DNA of 64,000 nucleotides from Octopus vulgaris (lineage: Eukaryota). Location of the stretch: positions 47,244,001 through 47,308,000 of the forward strand of contig OX597826.1 of assembly GCA_951406725.2 (NCBI GenBank). Direction: 5' to 3'. This document shows, piece after piece, positions 53,836-64,000 of the stretch. Below the pieces are notes generated by a model. The model worked only from the letters and a program-made list of their open reading frames with translations. It ran no database searches and was not told the DNA's origin. Position 1 is the stretch's first letter. Each line of letters starts with the position of its first letter. The position numbers and the translations under genes were made by a program.

Positions 53836-54162
53836 CAATGGTTCTCAACTGTCTTTATTTTTACCTATGGACCCCTTTGATTATTATTTTATTCAGGTGG
53901 ACCCCCATAGCCATTCGATGTTTAAAATGTAGTTGTATAGATACTTCTTTCAAATTTCGTATTTTGTTTCCCATACATTAACTTGTGTAAAGTGAATTCT
54001 GTAAAATGCCAGAGAAAGGACCCTAGCTTTTTCTTGCAATAAATACTACGGAAGTAACATTTTATCATGCACATTCAATAGACTACTGCTGGTCCCCAAT
54101 TTACTATTATGCTTGTCTAAACCCCTCAAAAATCTTATATGGACCCTGGTTGAGAAACGCAG
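53836..54162. mobile_element. hAT (Charlie/MER5-like) non-autonomous DNA transposon
   Basis: TIRs caatggttctcaac and gttgagaaacgcag, repeated subterminal tggaccc motifs, imperfect 8-bp TSD atttgaag/attaaaag. Confidence 0.7.
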
Positions 54163-54540
54163 ATTAAAAGAAAAACAAATAGATATAATTTGAGTTAACT
54201 GATACTTCGAGCAGGCCGATCGACCGTGAAGAGCACTCCTACATGTAAAACGGAAATTTTTGCTGACAATGGTGCATATTTAATTGACATAGCAATTTGA
54301 TATTACTGGTACTTTTTTTTTATTCATTGGAAATTATAAATTTTTAAATGGCCTCCGTTGGGATTTAAGCGCAGAGTATATTAGACTACTATAAAACGTT
54401 TAATTGGGCACCCTGATGTTTTGCCAATTATTCTACTACTATATATTACATGAGTAAATGACGGACTCTCCTTACGTATAGAGTAACTCGCTAGAAAGAG
54501 CAGCAAAATCTTTCCCTCAATTTACTCACGAAGGAAATTT

Positions 54541-55180
54541 GTGTGGTAAGAAGGCTGCTTCTGAAGGCAGCGAGCTGGCAGAAACGTTAGCACGACGGGC
54601 GAAATGCTTAGCGGGATTCTGTCTGCCGTTACGTTCTGAGTTCAAATTCCGCCGAGGTTGACTTTGACTTTCATCCTTTCGGGGTCGATAAATTAAGTAC
54701 CAGTTACGCACTGGGGTCGATGTAATCGACTTAATCCCTTTGTTCTTGTTTATCCCCTCTATGTTTAGCCCCTTGTGAGCAATAAAGACATAAGAAGGCT
54801 GCTTCTGAACCATACGGTTCTGGGTTCAGTCCCACTGCATTTTATCGCGGACAAGTGACTTTTACAATAGTCCCGGGTCGTCCAAAGCCTTTTGAGTGGA
54901 TTTGGTAGGCGGAAACTGAAAAAAGCTAGTCGTGTATATATGTATATGTTTTCATTGTGTCTGCGTTTGTGCCTTCCCCCACCCCACCACTGCTCAACAA
55001 CAGATGTTGATGTGTTTACGTCCCCGTAACTTATCGTTTCGGCAAGAACGATCTGACAAGAATAAGTACCACGATTAAAAATAAGAAAAAAGCTACAAGG
55101 GTCGATTCATGTGACTAAACATTCTTAAGGGTTGTGCCCCAGCATGGCCGCAGTCTAATGATTAAAACAAGTAAAAGATA
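54541..55180 (+). mobile_element. SINE group A copy interrupted by a group B insertion
   Basis: gtgtggtaagaag | B element | ccatacggttctgggttcagtcccactgc ... ccagcatggccgcagtctaatga. Confidence 0.85.
54566..54790 (+). mobile_element. SINE group B, full-length with 19-bp TSD
   Basis: taagaaggctgcttctgaa at 54547-54565 and 54791-54809; B box GAGTTCAAATTCC; central ctttcatcctttcggggtcgataaattaagtaccag block. Confidence 0.92.
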
Positions 55181-56112
55181 GCAGATAGAAAATATAATTG
55201 TAGATTTGGAATGATAACTGAAATGTGTCTGTTGGAGCAAGAGTAAACATGGGTGTTAAGTACCAACGAAAACATATACTGTAAAAGAAAGCCTATGTGT
55301 AGTTAGTCGACATACGAGAAACAGCAGCTAAGTCTACTTAATGATATTTCCGGTCGAATTACATAAAACCATTAGTCACTGTAGGAGCAGAATGAATTTG
55401 AGTAAACTGTTACCATAATTTACTTTAAGGTATGGATGAATTATGTTTAGCTTTAGCCTCTCCATTCTTATAAACACCAAGTCGCTGGCTTTGTGACCGT
55501 GTGTGCAATACCACCATGACCGATATCCAAACTACAGTGGAGAAGGCTAGCCACTGGTTTTGGTTAAAAAGAGACGATGGTTAGAAGAATATTGAGCTTT
55601 ATTTGATAACCAGTTGATCTAGCAAGCGGGGCCTCATATCAGTGAGGGTGGCCGGTGCGCATTGATGCCGTTGCGAGGTAGGCCCCGAAACAGCACGCAC
55701 TCTCTCCTGATGACCCCATACATTTGCTGGCTTCCGGTATGCGGAGTTTTCGACTGGTAGCACTTGCATGTGCAAGTTGTTTGCAAGACATGTGATCGTG
55801 TGTGTACCAAACTACACGTGTGCGTGTGCTTACATTTTCGTGGATGCCTGTATGAGCGAGTGTACATGCGCCATGGAGATTGCGCGAGAGCTTTTATACA
55901 TCCATATCTGTTAACGGTTATTTTGAATACTTTTCTCGCTGTATTGCGTGTTTCGTTTCTTTTTTGCATCTGTAATTTTATTTTTTTTTTTTACAAAATG
56001 ATCGTCTGTTATTTTAAAGAGTAAATTTATCACCCGAAGATATTTCCTTCCACCCGTTTTGGTGATGTGTCAAACATTTTTTTTCGTACATTCCGTCTTT
56101 CACAAAATGAGA

Positions 56113-56210
<98 letters not shown>

Positions 56211-56220
56211 ATTATTATTA

Positions 56221-56254
<34 letters not shown>

Positions 56255-56294
56255 TCATTGCGTGAAGTGTTATTCTAAAGAGTTGTATCAATTT

Positions 56295-56400
56295 ATCACC
56301 CGATGAGACACATCTGCACCGCAAGACGTTCCTGAACCAGTTGTAAAGTGTTCCACCCGTGAGGGATTGATGCTAGAGGCGTCGAAACAATTGTCGTGAT
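56295..56400 (+). ncRNA. Type-I hammerhead motif with 77-nt stem II
   Basis: atcac CCGATGA gacacatctgca ... tgctagaggcgtc GAAA C AATT GTC gtgat: perfect 5-bp stem I, ACAATTGT palindromic stem III, GUC site (cleavage predicted after 56395); U4 is C. Confidence 0.8.
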
Positions 56401-56452
56401 TAATGTAAATTGATCTCGTATATTCCATCTTTTAACGTCTTTCATATATATA

Positions 56453-56505
<53 letters not shown>

Positions 56506-56574
56506 GTGTGTGTGTGTGTGTATGTATGTGTATATGTATGTATATATATGCGTGCGCATGCGTGTGTGTGTGCT

Positions 56575-56890
56575 TAGGCGCAGACATGGACGCGTGTGGT
56601 ATAGATTCAGGCTTGCAATTTCATGGATTTGGGTTCAGTGTCATTGTGTGTCCTCTTAAGGAATGATTTCTATTATTGCCCAGGGCCAAACAATTCGATC
56701 ATTGTGTTTACCTCCCTGACCTTTTTTACAATCGCTATTGTTTTGTTTATGTCCCTGAAAGTTAATGGTTCGACAAAAACGATCGATAGAATAAGTTTCA
56801 AAACATTTAACATCTGGAGAGATTTGTTACTCTTACACCTTCAAGGCGTTGCTCTATCATGGCTGCAGCCCCAAAACTAAAACAACTGGG
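56575..56890 (+). mobile_element. SINE group A, highly diverged
   Basis: taggcgcagacatggacgcgtgtggt ... gggttcagtg ... cgatagaataagt ... tcaaggcgttgctctatcatggctgcag. Confidence 0.65.
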
Positions 56891-57260
56891 AGAATATATA
56901 CATATTTAAGAATTTTTATAAAGTCCGAGAAAACACGAAATGATTCTTTGGTGGATCTCGAAGCAAACAACGCTATAAATAATAACATACAAATATTGAT
57001 TTATTAAAGCTTTATGGATAGATAATGTCGGTTGAAGACCATGGGACTCGAACTCGAATCTTTTGTGAACACGACAGGCGTTTTACCATTGTGGCAAAAG
57101 AATTCCTCAAATTACTCTGACCGTTTTACAAATTTAATTCTTACCAGCGAGAATTGTATGTCGCTTACGTCATGAGATTATTTTTATAAACTTTGAGAAA
57201 ACGTAGAATGATTGCCTTTTGCAAAGCAGACACGAAGTAAATATGTGCATGTAAAGAGAG

Positions 57261-57299
<39 letters not shown>

Positions 57300-57458
57300 G
57301 CACGTATATACATACAAAGATTTATATATACATAAATGTATACATATCGACCTATCTATGTATATACACATACAAACACACGCACACATATATGTATATA
57401 TATATGTATACATACGGCTATATATATGTGTATATATACATACATGTATATATATATA

Positions 57459-57640
<182 letters not shown>

Positions 57641-59155
57641 TTGAACTGTGAAATCCTAGCTACATAGGATTGGCGCAATTGTCATGTTTGAAACGCCTTT
57701 GATCACAGGTCTGCCCGCTCAACCAGGGATGATCTTGGGCTAAGCAAATTGCATGCCTGTCACTTACTAATAGTTTCATATTAAGCGTAATATTTCGTCT
57801 TTCGACTATTCTACCATTTGAGTCATTGAAGAACGAAATAAATTGTCACGATATTTACTTAGAATTATCTTCAAATGTTTCTTCATCATCTCATAACTCA
57901 CTCTATCTCGCATTTACGTTCTGTGTGCTCTCTTTATCTTTTACCATCAGTCAATCTCTCGTTCGGGTCTCTTTCTCTCCATCTCTCCCTCTCCATCTCT
58001 CCCTCTCTAGCTCTCCTCTTGCTGTGTCCACAGGCAGGTGACGATGTATTGGCATTTTGAATCTGCCTTCTATAGCTCGAATTTCTTGTTCATTAGCTAT
58101 TTGTCGGTCAAAGTTAAAGCATACAGTCGATGTTTTTCAATTTTACTTTTAATATTAGTTTTCCTATTGAATCAGGCTCAATCTTCTAAAATCTTATTTC
58201 CTGTAAACAAGAGAGAAGGTCTTTTATGCACACTCGCCTGTTTCTATATTATCTCTTTCTTTAAATCCATCATTTTCAAACAATCATCTGAATATTATCA
58301 ATAATAATAATAGTGATAATAATAAAAATAATAAATAGCGTTTCCACCGTCAGCATCAATTCGTAAAAGTTGTAGGTTACCTTCACATGACTCTTAAGAA
58401 ATTAAGAAACGTTTTATTGTGAAGTCAGAATGTTGTTAATAAGTGAATCTCTTAGAAATCTGGGTTTTATTACGTCTTAGTTCCGTTGTTCGTGGTCTGG
58501 TGAGTGTCGTATCAACAAAAGCTTGAATGGTCTACAGATTTGAGATGTCACAGAGATTGCTTCGACCTGCACACAAGCACTGGAACGTGTGAGCAAATGG
58601 GGGATATGTCAATGGAAAAATTTCTGCTAAAAGAAATAATAAGAACCATTGAAAGCAATGAGATATTAATGGTGATTTACAAAAGATATAAGGTTTTTCA
58701 TCAACGTTATAACAAAATGTTCATACACTGTCAATTGAGTAATGTTCTTCAAAGCTCTGTGTGTTTATATGGGAGTGCGCAATGGTGAGCAATAGTGAAG
58801 TTTGTCTTTCTGTGTTTGGCCGTATATGTAAACGTAAGCGCAAATCTAAATGTAAAAGGTGTCGGTGGTGTTGGTGGTGGGAGGGCGTGGTCGGAGCGCT
58901 ACAGATGTTTATGAATGCTCTTGTCCATGTGTGACTGTAAGTTTTTGTGATTTTCCTCTCTGTTTATATATATATATATATACACATATATATATATACA
59001 TATATATAGATATATGAATATATATATATATGTATATATATATGCATATATATATATATATACACATATATATATATACATATATATAGATATATGAATA
59101 TATATATATATGTATATATATATGCATATATATATATACGCATGTATACGCATGC

Positions 59156-59204
<49 letters not shown>

Positions 59205-59499
59205 TATGTATATATGCATGTATGTATATGTGTGTGTATATATATGGATGTATATGTATAGATATGCATGTGTAAGTATAAGTGTATGCGTGTGTGTATG
59301 AACATGCACGCTAACTAGCAAAGATGTGATAATGTACACACGTATATGTGCAAGTGTTAATGCGTGAGAGAGGAGATAAATAAAAAAAAAACTTCTTAAA
59401 TACTAATAAATACTAAATGAATGTTCGAAATGTCCCTCCTTCTCTTTCGATATCTCCACCTACTCCTTCACCTTCTCCCCCCAACCTCTTCTTATTCGT

Positions 59500-59986
59500 C
59501 ATCAGCATCAGCAGCAGTAACACCATTCCTCATTGCACCACCACTAACACCACCACCAACAACAACAACAATAACAAACAACAACAATAACAACAACATT
59601 ACCTTCTCTTCATTACCAGTCCCATCTTCATAATCACCACCATCACTATCACCATCATCATAAGCCTTAGTAATCATCAATCATCATCATTATCACCATC
59701 ATCATCATCATTGTCGACGTCGTCGTCATCATTATAATCATCATCATACCCTTCCGCGTTACCAACACCATCATCATTATAATTACCACTATGACCACCA
59801 GCACCAGCACCATCATCATCATGGTCATCATCATCATCATCATCATCATTGTCGTCGTCGTCGTAGTCGTCATCATCGTCGTCTTCATTATCATCATGGT
59901 CAACGTAATTATCATTACGCCCTACTCAATAATCATCACAACTTCCGACACTTCCACTTCTGACAACCCCACTCCACCATCATCAC

Positions 59987-60033
<47 letters not shown>

Positions 60034-60200
60034 CCACATCCGACACTACACTAGCGCCATCACCTTGCTGCTTGTCATTGCGTCCCCTCTGTCTCCACCG
60101 CACATAGCCAAAGTCTGTTAAAGCAACTGCCACCACCACCTCTAGCACCACTTACACAACCACCACCACCAACAACAACAAACAACTGCAACATTACAAG
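59500..60200. repeat. (CAT)n/(CAC)n/(CAA)n low-complexity tract
   Basis: Direct reading. Confidence 0.9.
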
Positions 60201-60524
60201 AACAAGCTTAATACATTTTCCAAAGTTGTTCGCAAAGAATTCCTTCTTAATGAATTCTAATTTATTTTCACTTCCAAGTGGGGAAACTGACCCCAAATAT
60301 TTCTTTTGAACCTCATTAAAGATTTCCAATTTCAGGGTTAACATATTGGGGTGTGCGTGTGTGTGTGTGTTTCTTTGTGTGTGTGAGTGAGTGTGTGTGT
60401 GTGTGTTTACCAATATCTTTTGGAAGGAGATACCTTAATAACTTCACTCTTCTTTCATCTATTGTCCCGAAGTCTTGTAGTAAATTCCCATCTCTTTCCA
60501 AGGACCCTTTTCCAAGGACTCTTT

Positions 60525-60562
<38 letters not shown>

Positions 60563-60727
60563 TCTGTCTCTCTCTTTATCTCTAGCGCTGTTCGTCTGAA
60601 TATCAGAAATTGCCAAAATATATTGCTTACTTATTTTCTTCGACTTTCTGCCGCTTCCATAGATTATTTCACGTTAAACAGTTTACAGTCCCACGTGCAT
60701 CTAGTTATCTAGTTCACTACTCATCAC

Positions 60728-60816
<89 letters not shown>

Positions 60817-61169
60817 TTGTCTATCTATCTAATTAGATGCCTATACATCTAATCCGTTATTTTCTATCTATCTATCTCAGTATATATATCCGTCCGTTTG
60901 TCTGTCTGTCTACCTATCTATCTATCTGTCTATCTATCTGTCTGCCTCGCTTCCCGCCCGTCTGTCTGTCTATCTGTCTATCTATAAATCGATCGATCTA
61001 TTTATATATCTGTTTACTCACAAGCACACAAACATATTATTCACGGATTATATTATATAATAACATACAGATGAAAACAAAACGCATTCAATCGTTCATT
61101 TCGTGTAAATTTAACAATTCACTTACGAAACTTTCACTGTTAAGGAATGACTAAGTTTATTAGTAAATT

Positions 61170-62112
61170 TATAACTGACCTCGGTGGAACGAAATGCAAA
61201 ATCGACCCCCGGAATCATGAACTCAGAAGGATAAAAATACAGATGTAAATAGAGCGGGAAATTCTAATGAAGGAGACCATTGTTTCTGTCATTCCTTAGT
61301 ATAATGCACACGGTGGGATTTGAGCACAGAATGTGATGAACAGGAAATAATGCCACAATGCTCTTTTTGATTTTTTTTCGAAATTCTAATGATTCTGTTA
61401 ATCCACCACTCTTAACGATGATGATGATAGCCAAGTATATTGAAATACAATCATCGTTCCACCAGAAGGTGCCATGATATATAACTGCTGGTATTTTGAC
61501 ATCTATTCCCTAAAATGAGTTTTCGCCTCGGCAAATTGCTAGGAAACCAAGCTTTTCACGGGTTAAATGTTTTAAACATATAGGTTTAAAATTTTGACAC
61601 AAGGCCAGCAGTTTCGGGAGAGAGGCTAAGTCGATTACATCGACCCCCATGTCTTTAATTGTTCTGCGGACGAGCAATTAGATTCAAGCTGCAGTAGTTG
61701 TGTATGATATCCTGCATTCTATGTTGTTGTTATTATTAGTATTATTGTTCTTTGAAATTTTAACCAGATTTACTTTGCCTGTATTTATTTTATTGACCCC
61801 CAAAATATAAAAGGCAAAGTCGACCTCAGGCAGAATTTGAATTCAACGTAAAGAAGGACGAAATACCGCTAAGCATTTTCCTCGGCGTGCTAACGATTCT
61901 GCCAGATTTCCATTTTTTCAAATTTTGGCACAAGGCCAGCAATTTCAAGGGAGGGGCTAAATCGATTAAACGGCCCCAGTGATCAACTAGTACTTTTTTT
62001 ATCGACCTCTACAGGATGAAATGCAAGGTCTACCACTGCGGTATTTGAACTCAGAATGAACGAAATGCTTCTAAGCTTTTTGCCACACGTGCCAATGATT
62101 TTGCCAGCTCGC
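61170..62112 (-). mobile_element. Cluster of SINE group B copies and fragments
   Basis: aattttggcacaaggccagcaattt, aaaggcaaagtcgacctc and gaaataccgctaagcattt ... ggcgtgctaacgattctgccag blocks. Confidence 0.8.
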
Positions 62113-62694
62113 AGCCAATATGTCTCAAATATATTAACGATGTAAAAGATTAATGATGTTCATAATGAGGAAAGACAATGATAATGAAGTTAATACCAAT
62201 TACCAGCTTATCCCTAATTGCAACAACGGTTTCCGTGGGTGAGAAGAGAGTTAAGTGTTAAATTAAGGTCCGTATATTAAATAACTTTTAAACTACAGCC
62301 ACCTATCATTTACATGTTTTAAGAGTCTTTTGTTAATTGCTTTAAATGTATATGAAGTCGAGAGCAAACCTTGATACTCTTTCCGTTTCTTCATCCTAAA
62401 CCAAGCATCAGATGCAGGACCTGACATCTTGAGAGGTAGAGAAGGCTCAACAATCAATCAGTTGCTGCTTGTTTACTGTTGAGTTGACTGAAACAACGTG
62501 AAATGAAGTGCTATGCTCACTGAGACAACGTAACCTCCGGCCCTAGGACTGAACCTGCAACTTTGTGATTGTCACAGGACTTGCTGTCCAATCATCATAT
62601 CCAAATTTACAATAGTCTTCCGTTGGATGCAACGTAAGCCATTGTTCCGATTCGGGTTTGATTGGCATTTTGTATTAAATTCTTTATCATCGTC

Positions 62695-62786
<92 letters not shown>

Positions 62787-62834
62787 AATCATTATCTTCA
62801 TGATTAATTTTATTATCTTCATAAGATAAAGGAC

Positions 62835-63010
62835 AGTCAATTGGCAGAAACGTCAGAATGTCGAAAACGTAATACTTTGCGGTATTGGTTCCAGTTCTTG
62901 ATATTCTGTGTACAAATCCGGCCGAGGCCAACTTTAATTTTCTTTTCTCCGGGGTCGATAAAATTGGGTACCTGTCAATTATTTGTGTCGATTGTATCGA
63001 CTTAGCCCCC
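62835..63010 (+). mobile_element. SINE group B, diverged
   Basis: ggcagaaacgtcag ... tccggccgaggccaacttt ... ccggggtcgataaaattgggtacc. Confidence 0.7.
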
Positions 63011-63646
63011 TCACACACGAGCAAACATGTACAATAACATACAGATACATTGTGATTTATGGCAAAAATGCAGTGTATATGTGGATAACAATAACTGAGT
63101 TGCAGATTGAGCTGACATGGATATTTTGTAATGTACTGAAGAAGTTAAGTGAAAGTATGCGGCCGAATTGTTAGAATATCCCGTACACGATCTTCAAAAA
63201 CATGAGTTCAATTCTTGACACCGTGTGGAACGTTGTGTTCTAGAACAAAATACTTAATTTCCCGTCGTTCCAATCTACTCCCTTGTAAAAGCTCTTCCAC
63301 CTACCCATGAATCCCGGTTTATCTGCTGAGTCAAAGCCAGGGGCCTACAGGGTATCGATATCTGTTCGCATCTGCGTAGGTACCGAAATCAAGAAATGAA
63401 AGCATGGTGTATATTACCAACCGTCGCGAGTACCAAAATCTTGTGGTCGCAACGGATCCAGTTATCACACATTATTTGCCATTGAGAGGTTTTTCTTGTC
63501 ATTTATCAGTCAGAATATTTAAGGCAGCAGTTTTAGCACGGGTTTTCATGCGCTTAGCTTTGTCTGCGCTTGTTTCTCGTATGTCTAATTCCGGAATGTG
63601 TTGTGTTCGGAATTCACTTAGATATTCTTTTGCCTGTTTGTTACTG

Positions 63647-63895
<249 letters not shown>

Positions 63896-64000
63896 AGGTT
63901 GCTTATATTTTAAATTTCTGCTAGTACTAGTAAAAATGGTAGTTTTTATTTACAGATACAGTGCTGTTGGTGTTGATGTTAATAATTCTTTAAGGAAAGC

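Overview
Eukaryotic, very AT-rich, microsatellite-saturated non-coding DNA. The SINE repertoire and repeat landscape resemble an octopus/cephalopod genome (recognition from memory, not a database result). No host protein-coding gene can be supported: almost all listed ORFs are translations of (TA)n, (CA)n, (TAA)n, (CAT)n or (ATCT)n tracts or of SINEs. The window holds about 40 copies or fragments of four tRNA-headed SINE groups (called A-D here), two decayed mariner transposase fragments, two mariner-type and one hAT-type MITE, two fragments of an RLE-type (R4/Dong-like) LINE and a 5'-inverted RTE-like LINE end. The main unexpected signal is a dense population of type-I hammerhead-ribozyme (HHR) motifs: about 15 full, half or decayed motifs from about 9 unrelated sequence families. 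Most have a palindromic minimal stem III, several have very long stem II inserts, and many lie in short elements next to (TA)n tracts. Several are arranged as fold-back inverted repeats, and two families show tandem or circularly permuted arrangements suggesting ~270-305 nt retrozyme-like monomers. Coordinates of decayed repeats are approximate; ribozyme activity is inferred, not shown.
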